Origin: Octopus sinensis
Lineage: Eukaryota
Direction of reading: 5' to 3'
NCBI RefSeq assembly: GCF_006345805.1
Contig: NC_043001.1
Location: 71,114,001-71,178,000 of the forward strand
Length of the DNA stretch: 64,000 nt
In this document: piece by piece, positions 1-11,526 of the stretch
Numbering within the stretch: the stretch's first letter is position 1
Layout of the letters: each line of letters starts with the position of its first letter
Translations under genes and position numbers: made by a program
The notes under the pieces: generated by a model
Database searches by the model: none
The model's input: only the letters and a program-made list of their open reading frames with translations
Told to the model about the DNA's origin: nothing

Positions 1-1249
1 TCTTTTCCTCTTTCTCAGAAGGATCCGACAATAATTTCCGGAAATGCTTCTCCTAACAGCATACGAAATATAACATCTTCATAATTTACTGTTAAAAATT
101 GTTTTTTTTTAAACATAGATTCTTAACAACATAGATTACTTAGATTATTGTATTTCGACTGCTATTTACAATTCATATATATACATTGTATGACTCTATA
201 TCATATATCACTCTATTCGCCATCATACCTGTCTTTCTGTGATATTTCGGTTTTAGTTTTAACCCCTTTCTTCAGCGATTCATCCCATCTCTTGTTTTCA
301 TCTTTCTTAATAACACTACTTTCCGTTTATGATTATTTATTATATTTCGTTTATCATTTTCCTGATTGTTTAATTCTCACCTTTTCTTCATTTACCTTAT
401 TCCTATTTTTCATTTGTATAATTTGGTTTTCTTTTTATGTTATTTTTCAGTTTAATTTCTCTCATCTTTTTAATATATTTTTATATTTGTCATTCCATTA
501 AATATTCGAGTGATAATTCCTTGTAGATGCAAAGTACTTAAAATGGATTTATGCGACATACCCTTTGAATGTATATGTGCGTATGTGTGTGTGTACGTAC
601 ATAGGCTTATATATATGTGTGTGTGTATATATATATATACGTATGTATATATTATTAGTATATATGTCTGTGTCAGCGCGCGTATGTGTGCACATATATA
701 TGTATACCTGTATGTATGAATACGTTTGAGCGTGTATGTATATTTGAGTGTGTATGTATGTTACCATACAAATATATCGATATAGCGCTACCATACTGAT
801 GTATTCCTGTAATTAATATGCACTTATGCCGCACCATTTTCCGACTATGGTGCCTCTCACAATATGTGCAAGACTTCATAATGTTAAATGCCTAAATTCA
901 TTCTCAACAGCAGTTTTCCTACTTTGCTCTGAAAAGCAAAAATATACCTAACTTTATCCATAATGGTTTATATATATGTACACATATATACATATGTATA
1001 CATATACATATATATACATATGTGCATATATCAATAATAATAATGGGTAAAATTAATTAATTAATTAATAATTAATAATTTTCCCAAGTACTTCAGTATT
1101 TTAAAACAACCATTATCGGTAAACTTAAACAAAATTTTTATAATTATGAGTATAACTATAATTAGGCTCCAGCAAAATATTTGCTTCACCACATACCGAA
1201 ATTTAGAAATAGCAGTTAAAACTAGCTATTTCTCTACCATAATTGATTC

Positions 1250-1334
1250 ACTGTAGACGCGTTTCGGAGTTAGATAGATGTCAAAAATATAAAAACCACG
1301 TTTCCACTTTATCATTCTCACTCTTCAGTGGAGT
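1250..1334 (-). ncRNA. Minimal type I hammerhead ribozyme, copy 1 (helix I partly decayed)
   Basis: Minus strand reads ACTCCA-CTGAAGA-G...CTCC-GAAAC-GC-GTC-TACAGT. Core intact; helix I has 2 mismatches relative to the copy at 1839-1923. Confidence 0.55.
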
Positions 1335-1838
1335 AATTCAAGATTTTAAATTTGAAAGCACTGTAAAAATTAAACATATTTATCTGATCAAGCGACATTA
1401 AACCACATATATCCAACAACCAGTACTTCCGAATTCAAACTGACGAATGAGATCTCGTATTCCCCCTCAGTTACCCACGTGTACTAATGAGTAAAAACTC
1501 TACAGAAAAATGTATTTTACTAACAGGGAGAAATTTATTTTATCAATAATAATAAAGGGTAAAAATAGTTAATTAAATTAATTAATAATTAATAATTTTA
1601 CCAATTAGTTCAGTTTGTTAAAAGAACAATTATCGGTAAACTTAAACAAAAGTTTTTATAATTATGAGTATAATTATAATTAGGCTCCAGCAAAATATTT
1701 GCTTCACCACATACCGAAATTTAGAAATAGCAGTTAAAACTAGCTATTTCTCTACCATAAGAACATCTCCCAGGCAACAATACTCAACAACCTACGCAGG
1801 CAAAGGGAAAAAATAATGAATGCACCCGGCTTTGATTA

Positions 1839-1923
1839 ACTGTAGACGCGTTTCGGAGTTAGATAGATGTGAAAAATGTAAAGATCACATTTTCACTCTA
1901 TCATTCTCTCTCTTCAGTACAGT
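1839..1923 (-). ncRNA. Minimal type I hammerhead ribozyme with extended helix II
   Basis: Minus strand reads ACTGTA-CTGAAGA-GAGAG...(GATAGA/TCTATC, GTGAAAA/TTTTCAC)...CTCC-GAAAC-GC-GTC-TACAGT. Perfect 6-bp helix I, palindromic helix III ACGCGT, GUC cleavage triplet (C17 at 1845). Confidence 0.8.
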
Positions 1924-2216
1924 AATTCACGATTTAAAATTTGAGATCACTGTAAAAATTAAACTTACTTATTTGATCAAGCGACATCAGACAACATACA
2001 TCCAAAAACCAGTACTTCCGAATTCAAACTGACGAATGAGATCTCGTATTCCCCCTCAGTTACCCACGTGTGCTAATGAGCAAAAATTTTGAGAGATTTT
2101 CTTATGGTAGAGAAATAACTAGCTTTAACTGCTATTTCTAAATTTCGGTATGTGGTGAAGTAAATTTTTTGCTGAAGCCTAATTATAATTATACTCATAA
2201 TTATAAAAATTTAATG

Positions 2217-2249
<33 letters not shown>

Positions 2250-2254
2250 AAATA

Positions 2255-2430
2255 TAGGATAAAATCCTTATAAGAATTTATCACGTAGCGTGAAAAACCT
2301 CATAAGGGAAAAAATTAATTATTCCCTTTAAATATGTTTATTTATATTAAGGGAATAATTAAAATATTTTCCTTATGAGGTTTTTCATGCTAACTACTTG
2401 ATAAATTCTTATAAAGATTTTATCCTATTT
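2255..2430. repeat. Fold-back (inverted repeat) element
   Basis: 2255-2328 and 2349-2430 are roughly 90% reverse-complementary (TAGGATAAAATC...AAAAACCTCATAAGG...TTATTCCCTT) around a ~20-bp AT spacer. Confidence 0.8.
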
Positions 2431-2463
2431 TAAAATTTTACATATATATATATATATATACAC

Positions 2464-2521
<58 letters not shown>

Positions 2522-2527
<6 letters not shown>

Positions 2528-2748
2528 AGATGTACTCGCATAGCAAGTAATTTGATCTGAGATCGTGTGCTGAAACGAAAACAATTACAGCGTGGAAGGT
2601 GCTGGTAAGCCATTTAAGAAACACACAAAAGCCGTTCGATTAACTTCAACATTTAAGTTTAATTTGTCAAAATATTTTCGTCGCTAAAATCCGCGACCTG
2701 TTCACTGATAAAAATCCGTGATGGCTTACAAACACCTTCCACGCTGCA

Positions 2749-2753
<5 letters not shown>
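2522..2753 (-). mobile_element. PLE-type pseudo-LTR fragment with short inverted junction
   Basis: AATTACAGCGTGGAAGGTGCTGGTAAGCCA (~2583-2612) recurs inverted at ~2722-2751. Contains a hammerhead-like motif at 2665-2710 and is flanked by (TA)n. Confidence 0.55.
2665..2710 (-). ncRNA. Hammerhead-like motif with G3:C8 core covariation
   Basis: Minus strand reads TATCA-GTGAACA-G-GTCGC-GGATTTTA-GCGAC-GAAAATATTT-TGACA. Helix II is 5 bp, helix III palindrome AATATT, helix I TCA/TGA. Core is GUGAACA instead of CUGANGA. Confidence 0.5.
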
Positions 2754-2788
<35 letters not shown>

Positions 2789-2791
<3 letters not shown>

Positions 2792-3016
2792 TTACTACCA
2801 ACAAAGGGCTAAACACAGAGTGGACAAACAAGGACAGACAAACGGATTAAGTCGATTACATCGATCCCAGTGCGTAACTGGTACTTAATTTATCGACCCC
2901 GAAAGGATGAAAAACAAAGTCGACCTCGACGGAATTTGAACTCAGAACGTAACGGCAGACGAAATACGGCTACGCATTTCGCCCGGCGTGCTAACGTTTC
3001 TGCCAGCTCACCGCCT
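2789..3016 (-). mobile_element. tRNA-derived SINE, near full length, V-domain-like body, Tx1-like 3' tail
   Basis: Minus strand has A-box-like TGGCAGAAACGTTAG and B-box-like GTTCAAATTCC, then GAGGTCGACTTTG...CATCCTTTCGGGGTCGATAAATTAAGTACCAG (resembles the V-SINE/Sauria-SINE core). Ends in (TA)n. Confidence 0.85.
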
Positions 3017-3028
3017 AATATATATATG

Positions 3029-3114
<86 letters not shown>

Positions 3115-4380
3115 TATATATATAGATAGATATATACATACATATATATATACATATATATATACATTTATATATATATATATATATATATATAAAACTG
3201 TGTAACATTGATAACTTGATGAAATTTTGAATTTTCACAAGAAAACAAGGACATTAACTTGTTTAATGCCATATGTGACAAGCTGTACCTATTCAAAGTT
3301 ATTGTATGTGTGCTTGTGTGTATGTGAATGTTTGTGTGTCAGTGTGTGTGTATGTGTATGCGAGTGTGTGGGGGATGATTATATGCGTGTGCGTAAGAAA
3401 TAAAAAGAGAGAGAAAGATATGAAAGAAGAAAGAAAGAAAGAAAGAAAGAAAGAGAAAAAGAAAGAAAGTATTAATGATCGAAGAAAGGAAAAGACAGAG
3501 GCAGTAAGTCAATGATTTCAGCAAAGCTATGGGCAACGATGCTACAATCCAAAAGTAGCCTCAATTATGTACTATTTATAAATAGATAGTGTTGCATAGC
3601 TACTTGTCGAGAAAGCAACCTAAGTTTTATCTCCTCCACATTTTTGATAGGGCACTCAGAAGCAAAGTGATCGATGGATATTCCCACGTGTCATATTGCA
3701 ACATCCTTCATAGGCTTTCTTGTATTCATTCAACCATCGTGTGTGATGGTGGTGATGCAAGTTTTATTCTTTAGAATTATTCTTCAATTTCATAATTTTG
3801 CAATGAATTTACGGATAATTACTTTTTTCTTTAATTTTGTCAGGAGAATGGGAGATTACTGTTTCAAAGTTGCTTTACGATCTTGAAAATTAAAGTATAG
3901 TTGCACACGGTATCCATTGTAAAATATTCCGTTCTATCGTCGATATCTAATTTTGATATGATTTTCTATTCTTAGATGTTTAGCAGACTGTTTTGCAGTC
4001 CATGCTCAAGTAGTTGGTAAGAGAATTATCCCGTGACATTAGAATGTCTTCTGGGCATGGATGGATATTTAGCCTGAATTTTCAAAGACACGGAATGCAG
4101 TCTGTTTAAGAAGCCATTATTTCTTTACGTGAATTTTATAATTTCAAAATTACATATAGTAATAGTTGTAACAATGTTTTGGTAGTGGGCATTTCTTGAA
4201 CAGAGATCGATATTCGCTGCCATTATTTCGATACCTGCCATATTTTCTGAAACATTATGAACGACACTGTGTTATTCTAAAAACATTGCCCGTCATCTGT
4301 TACAATAATTTTCATAAATTCAACTAGATATTGCCATTACTTTTTACGTCAAAATGTCAAATTGGTGTTTCAATATTTTG

Positions 4381-4990
<610 letters not shown>

Positions 4991-5061
4991 TATAGAGAGA
5001 AAGAGCGATAGATTATATATATATATATTATATATATATGTATGTATATATATATATATAG

Positions 5062-5125
<64 letters not shown>

Positions 5126-5316
5126 GTATTAATTTATAAAAATATGGTAAAGTAAAAAAATTCACTTTACCACACACCGAACTTTTCAGAAATAGCAGTC
5201 AAAAATTTGGCTATTTCTTCAACTGCAAATAAAAGTCTCCAGACAATGCATACTCAGAAAATAACTCACATAGGTATAAGGGAAAAACAATGAAAGATCA
5301 CATCCATATAAGATAC

Positions 5317-5376
5317 CCGAGGACAGCCTGTTTCTGGATTCGTGGCTTAAACGCCACTTTTCCTTCATCAGCTCAG
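5317..5376 (-). ncRNA. Minimal type I hammerhead ribozyme (inverted copy of 5846-5905)
   Basis: Reverse complement of CTGAG-CTGATGA-AGGA..GTGGC/GCCAC..TCCA-GAAAC-AGGCT-GTC-CTCGG. Confidence 0.75.
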
Positions 5377-5845
5377 AGATTTCTTCTGATTTAGATTTGA
5401 AAATACTAAGAATCAAACATACCCGTCCGATATCTGTAACATCGGACAAAGCATGCCAGACAACCAGTACTAGCGAATCCAAAAAAGTGGTAAAGTGAAT
5501 TTTTTTACTTTACCATATTTTTATAAATTAATACTTCAAATATACCGTAAATGGTCTTTTTAGATACCGAATACTGCTTGGTCGAATTGATTAACAATTA
5601 ATTAATTCTACCCCTTTTTTACTGACAATATAATGCTTTCTCTCCAAGAATTTGAACTACAGTTTTTGCCTCTGTAGGAATGTACTACTCTATGACTCAC
5701 GTGGGTGGACAGGGAGAATAATAGATCTCACTTGTATTTTTGGATTCGCTAGTACTGGTTGTCTGGCATGGTTTGTCCGATGTTACAGATATCGGACGGG
5801 TATGTTTGATTCTTAGTATTTTCAAATCTAAATCAGAAGAAATCT

Positions 5846-5905
5846 CTGAGCTGATGAAGGAAAAGTGGCGTTTAAGCCACGAATCCAGAAACAGGCTGTC
5901 CTCGG
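5846..5905 (+). ncRNA. Minimal type I hammerhead ribozyme
   Basis: CTGAG (5846-5850), CTGATGA (5851-5857), helix II GGA/TCC plus GTGGC/GCCAC, GAAAC (5888-5892), AGGCT, GTC (5898-5900), CTCGG. Helix I is 5 bp with one G-U pair. Confidence 0.8.
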
Positions 5906-6042
5906 GTATCTTATATGGATGTGATCTTTCATTGTTTTTCCCTTATACCTATGTGAGTTATTTTCTGAGTATGCATTGTCTGGAGACTTTTATTTGCAGT
6001 TGAAGAAATAGCCAAATTTTTGACTGCTATATATATATATAT

Positions 6043-6085
<43 letters not shown>

Positions 6086-6240
6086 TGTTTCTTTATTAGC
6101 CACATAGGGCTGCACACAGATAGAACAAATTACAAGGTAGAGCTTTTCTTTTGAAGGTTTAAAAAAAAAAAAAAAAGGGGAAGGGGGAGTTTCGATCAAA
6201 AGGGATCGTAAAAGGAGAGAAAGAGGACAAAAAAAAAATA
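6086..6240 (-). mobile_element. Short 5'-truncated Tx1/L1-like LINE 3' end
   Basis: Same terminus (GTGTGCAGCCCT-TGTGGCTAATAAAGAAACAT on the minus strand) as the copy at 6264, followed by a (TATC)n tail. Confidence 0.7.
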
Positions 6241-6263
6241 CATACATACATACATACATACAT

Positions 6264-6953
6264 ATGTTTCTTTATTAGCCACACAGGGCTGCACACAGGG
6301 AGAAAAAAAAGGTGGTGTAGGTTTTCGATTAAAGGGGATCGTAAAAAGGAAAGAAAAAAAACGATCAATAGGGTCGTGTATCACAGAAATGTCAATATGA
6401 AGTGTAAAGGGGAGGACAGGTGAGGTTTACCCGTGGAAAGAAAAGCCTACGGAAAAGACCACGGTAACCTCGGTCAATGAAGTCACATATTATATTTCTT
6501 TTTTTTTTTTTTTTTTTTTTTTGCAAATAAGCAACTCTCTGTTTTCGATTTCTGGGTTCATAGGACTATGCTCAAGGTGGCTTCGTCATTCATACGTGCC
6601 ATTCTTGCTACATTCACCCATCTTTTTTTAAAACATTCGCTAGACAAAACTTGCCTCTCTACTCTCACTTTCCTTTTCAAGTGGTACTTGAAGAAGTTGA
6701 TGAGAGATTGACCAGAGAGGAAAGTGTTTGTCTCCAATCCTTTCAGACGCGTCCACCAGATACATTCTTTCGCCATAGCCACAAGGATGATGAAAATAGC
6801 TCTTCCTTCCCGTTTGAAGGAAGGAGGCGTGACAATATTGACGATAGACTCAGCTGATAAACCGACTCGTCCCACACGTGACAGCAGTTGTTCGACATAA
6901 GCCCACAGGTCGGAAATTGTTGGACACTGAACGAGTGCGTGCAGAACGAGTGC
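6264..6953 (-). mobile_element. 5'-truncated Tx1/L1-like LINE: ORF2 C-terminus and 3' UTR
   Basis: Translation ...HALVQCPTISDLWAYVEQLL...ECIWWTRLKGLE...KRWVNVARM matches the post-RT CCHC/C-terminal region of L1/Tx1 ORF2. AATAAA then (TATG)n tail. Confidence 0.8.
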
Positions 6954-7051
<98 letters not shown>

Positions 7052-7611
7052 CATACATACATACATACATACATACGTACTTACATTTCAGATAATATTG
7101 CGTCGATTAGAGTAAGATGAAAGCTGAATACAATTATTGCTCATGTTGACTTGCTACCTAATTGAAGTGTTTCAAACGATCTGGTGTGTATGTCTTAGAA
7201 TAAAAGTATAAACCAACAAACTACTGGTATCATATTAGATTGTGAACTGTAATGTACTCTCTGCAGGTCTATTCTCGAAACAGGTGATAGTAACTAACGG
7301 CAAATCTTTTCCTTTTTTGAACCGGTTTTGGCTTATAACAAGATTTGCCTATCTAATATCAATAATTTACAGTTATATATATTTTCAGAGATAATAGCAG
7401 CATATATTACAGCCATTATGAGCATTCCCCAACTAACTTTGTATGTATCACCTCTTGTCTAAACTCTAGTAACCTTCAACTTTACCCAAATAAATGGCAT
7501 GACCTGACCTGATAGAAGTTGTTCCTCTGTTCCGGCCTCATCATGACCTGGTGGGGGTACAGAAAACTTAAGTAATCCTTAGCAGAACAGTCCACAACTC
7601 TTTTATTTTAC

Positions 7612-8700
7612 AGTGGGTGTGTAGATGACATTAATATCATAATTAAGACCAACTCTAGTAACTGTAATGTAGAAACTGAGAGGAACATAATGGAGAGTAT
7701 CCAGCAAGTATCTAACTCTATCCACCGAAGCATCAAGGTAACTATAGATTGCCCCACTAGGCATGCCAGCAATAGACTCCCCGTCCTTGATACTGAACTT
7801 TGGTTAGAGACTGTGAAAAATAGAGTGCAGCTCCTACACTCCTATTACATGAAACCCATAACTTCGAAATATGTTGTTTACGAGAACTCAGCTTTGTCAC
7901 ACAACATGAAAATTAACATACTGATAGCAGACATAGTTAGAATATTGAACAACGTGTACCCACTAGGCAAACCCTATAAAACAAAGAAACGTATAGAACT
8001 TCATGCACCGCATGCAGTTTTCTGGATATGATCAGAAAGATAGGGTTCATGTATACTGGGGTGCTAGAAACAAGTTACCATTATATGTAATGATACCAGT
8101 GGTACCTGCCCTAGATACAGATACAAAGTGCTTGTGACAAAGCAAACAGGGTGAACACGTGAAATTAAACCGACAAATATCAAGGACTGATGTTTGTATA
8201 GGCCAGAGCCCATGGAGAAATAGACCCTAGATTTAGGAAAACTCTGAAGGAGGCCAAACTCAGCATTAAGATTGCCGAAAAGCCAGGGAATTCCATCAGA
8301 TCACAACTGTGTAGGACGTACTCCCTTGAGAATACTATATGTACCGATGATAACTGCATGGTAATTAGGATTAGCCCTTGCATTTACTGTAGAACTAGAA
8401 ATGTACTCTACAGCATAAGATCCATAGAAGGTACTTGTAAAGATATGAACATGACATAGGGGTGACATCTAGGAGCATTGCGGAAAGACTAAATGATATT
8501 TGAGACAATATGACGACAAAAACGCAGTCCTCCATACTCTACCAATATGCCAAGGACCAACATGGATGCAACCTGACTCAACTTGACATCCGCATTCTAT
8601 CGAAGGAACCAAAGGACGCAACACTCAAACAAATACGGAAGTACGTCTTCACAAATGAAACATCCCCAGTACCAAATAGGAAATACACGCAGTGGATAAT
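7612..8700 (+). pseudogene. Penelope-like element ORF relic: RT C-terminus and GIY-YIG endonuclease
   Basis: CVDD (YVDD-like) at ~7618, then IKVTIDCP...LPVLDTELW...YYMKPITSKYV...SALS, then RNVLYSI and TSRSIAERLND (GIY-YIG halves), with frameshifts and stops. Confidence 0.85.
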
Positions 8701-9499
8701 CACACACTCATACCCACAGATTATATTTATAAACAGGTAGAATATTTAGTGGGCTGTTATGTAGATAGGTGTATCTAAGTGTGTGTGTATATATATATGT
8801 GTGTATGTGTATATGCACATGTATGTAGGTATATGGATATGAAAGGAAACAGATAGACATACATACGGATAGGTACATAGGTTATATGAACAGACAAGCA
8901 CACATTCACACACAAATACACAATTGAAGACTGAAACACATGACCATATACACACACTTCACGTTACACAAAGACACATATGGGGACATACGTTCACATA
9001 TATGTAGATCCCTATCCATACACACAGACACAGTACATAGTCACAAAAGCCAATACGCACACATACACACTCAGACATGCACACACAAGGAGACAGAGGT
9101 GCACACACTCATGCAAACACACACACATTAAAACACACAAACATGAACACACAAACACGTGAATATGCAGAATATATACATACAAACATACACAAATACA
9201 TATGTACATACGCACACACACATACATGCATACACACACTTGCATGCATACATTCATACATGTGTATACACACACACACTGACCCACACACATGCACACA
9301 AGAAAACAAAAAGAACGTAGTTTGAATAACCAACAGAGTCAACAAAGGTTCCACGATGCAACGAAAATTTTAGAAAAATAAATAAGTAAATGAGTGGAAA
9401 TTTTACCGGTGAGTGTGGTAATGCACGAAAAGAGAATGACTCTCCCCAGACACAACCGTATGTGTGTGTATGTGTGTGTGTGTTGTGTGTGCGTGTGAA

Positions 9500-9692
9500 T
9501 GTATTTCTCCCCACTTCCACTGCCTGATATTCGATTCTGGTTTGTTTATGTCCCCATAAACTGGTTTTTCGGCCAAAAAACCGATAGAATATGTACTAAG
9601 CTTACAAAGTTCTGGAGACGATTTCTTCAACTAAAACTCTTTAAGGCGGTGCTCCAGCATGGCTGCAGTCAAATGATTGCACCAAGTAAAAG
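9500..9692 (+). mobile_element. SINE 3' portion with CR1-like tail
   Basis: Ends AAGGCGGTGCTCCAGCATGGCTGCAGTCAAATGATTGCACCAAGTAAAAG, similar to the 3' UTR of the CR1-group LINE at 18366-18428. Confidence 0.65.
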
Positions 9693-11384
9693 TATTATAT
9701 ATATATACATACACGCGCGCACAAACAAACACGTATTATATTTACATGGAACATGAAATTACAGAATACTAAAAAGAAAGTACAATATTTTTTAAACACG
9801 ACAGCTGTTTCGGAAATCTCGGATTTCTCTACTAATATTAATTCGCAGATAATGTGGAGAAGAGGCACTGCTATCTCTAGCGGTCGAGCGTTTGTCATTG
9901 ATGCAACCAAGGAAGATCGAAATTATGCGACAGCGTGGTTTCGGCGCTGGAGATGGCGGAAATTCATCTACCCACTATCGATATGAACAAGAGTGCAATT
10001 TGCACCAAAAGCTAATATGTGAGTTTCTCCTATGTTATCTACCGCTGCATAGTTTGTTCTAACAGAACATCCACTGTTAATCGGGGACAAATATTACATT
10101 TCAGTATTAATATTGCCTCTATCGCTAATATATATTTTTTTAAATCAAACTATACTATACATCTGCCATCACAAGAATAAACTACAGATTTCATATAATA
10201 TATGGACAGTAAGTGAACGGAAGAGTGATGATTGGGAAACTAGAAGATTATTACATTTCGATTCTTTCATACTAAGCTGATATCATTACTCTATACATAT
10301 TATCCATAAAAAAAAATGTATAGAGTTTAAATGTTTAAATGTGAATAGCGAATTATTACATCGTAACTACAGTGACTCGGGAATAATACTTACATCCGAG
10401 CAACTGTAGTCTGATTTGTATAATATGACAGCATGAGTCTGGATATAAAAGGAAACAATAAAGTACAAACTAGACGCTAAGTAGACTAGCGATCAATGTT
10501 TAGATAAGATCAAAGCAATAGAGAAACTTTTAAAATAACAAAAGATAAATCCAAAACAGAAATTCAGAAACTACTAAAATAAAATGGAGATAATGTCCTC
10601 GTCATGGTCAATATCCTACAGACCGTCACAGAGAGGAAATGAAACACCATTAAAGCTAACAAAGGTTCAAACACTCTGGACTAAAGGCAAAAACACATCA
10701 CATTTTAACTACACAGCGTTAATGATTACCTACAATTTGTAACAAAATAAAATAATAAATCTAGTAACTACCACCATCTAAAGACTAGGCAATCAGTATT
10801 AAAGAACAGTTGGTTATTTCTGCTTGATCAGTCGTCACAAAGATATAATATATCCATAAATACAACAGTGTTTGTAGTGATATCTACTAGACAGCTAGGG
10901 AAATTGAAGTATATGATGTAAGCACACACCAAACCCATTATATAAGAATGGTATTGGTATTGTATTCTAGGACGCCATTGACCAGGGTGTTAATAATACA
11001 GAATAGCTAAGTTGAGATATAATTAAAAACTGAAATGAAAATTTGTGAGTAGTGGCAGCTATTTTCATCTCATCCCACCAAACCATCATGTAAAAATCTA
11101 ATAACAGAAATCAGGAAAAGAATATAAACAGTACCTGCAATAAGAGAGCAAATTATTAATAATACTATATATTTGGTATAGTAAATGGAACATACACTAA
11201 AAGAGAAATTTCCCATCAATACTGAAAGGTCAAATTAGTTCTAAATGTTCAGAATTTATATAAAAGTTATTCCCAGCAATACATTTCACACAATTGTGCA
11301 ATCAAGTCTTAATATTGATTTCAAATCTTTGCTATAATGCTAGCAATTTCCGAGGACAGCGCAAGTAGTGTACACCGACACTAC

Positions 11385-11455
11385 TGCTTTACTGGTGCTT
11401 ATTTTTATCGACTCCAAGTGGATGAACGGCAAAGTGGACCTCGGTAGAATCAACT
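11385..11455 (-). mobile_element. SINE body fragment (same family as 2789-3016)
   Basis: ACTGGTGCTTATTTTTATCGACTCCAAGTGGATGAACGGCAAAGTGGACCTCGG aligns to the 2878-2935 block. Confidence 0.65.
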
Positions 11456-11487
11456 CCTAATTTTAGAAACATATTTATAACAAGATT

Positions 11488-11526
<39 letters not shown>

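Larger units (their letters stand above)
1045..2210 (-). mobile_element. Penelope-like pseudo-LTR array: two diverged tandem units (~510-540 bp) plus an inverted partial unit
   Basis: Units ~1045-1555 and ~1556-2095 share blocks such as ATTAGGCTCCAGCAAAATATTTGCTTCACCACATACCGAAATTTAGAAATAGCAGTTAAAACTAGCTATTTC. 2099-2210 is the reverse complement of ~1652-1763. Each unit has a minus-strand hammerhead motif. Tandem plus inverted ends are typical of PLE insertions. Confidence 0.75.
5125..6030. mobile_element. PLE pseudo-LTR pair in inverted (fold-back) arrangement
   Basis: 5192-5485 and 5737-6030 are near-identical reverse complements (the 87-aa ORFs called on each differ by one residue). A second inverted pair lies at 5125-5172 / 5487-5535. 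Layout parallels the 1045-2210 family (GAAATAGC..GCTATTTC hairpin, CCCACGTG, hammerhead). Confidence 0.8.

Noticed and set aside
1045-2095. Repeat-spacer-like or prokaryotic systems (CRISPR, operons, IS clusters)
   Set aside because: Repeats are long diverged eukaryotic TE units or microsatellites; no short constant repeats with unique spacers and no prokaryotic gene density anywhere in the window.
3976-4016. Plus-strand exon-like segment with a good acceptor and GTAAGA donor (CLADCFAVHAQVV)
   Set aside because: A single 41-nt candidate with no convincing partner exons or homology.
9795-9845. GAAAC-AGCT-GTC with a helix II hairpin on the minus strand (similar relics near 7277, 14200, 38570, 40940)
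   Set aside because: The CUGANGA half or helix I is lost; counted only as decayed relics, not as ribozymes.
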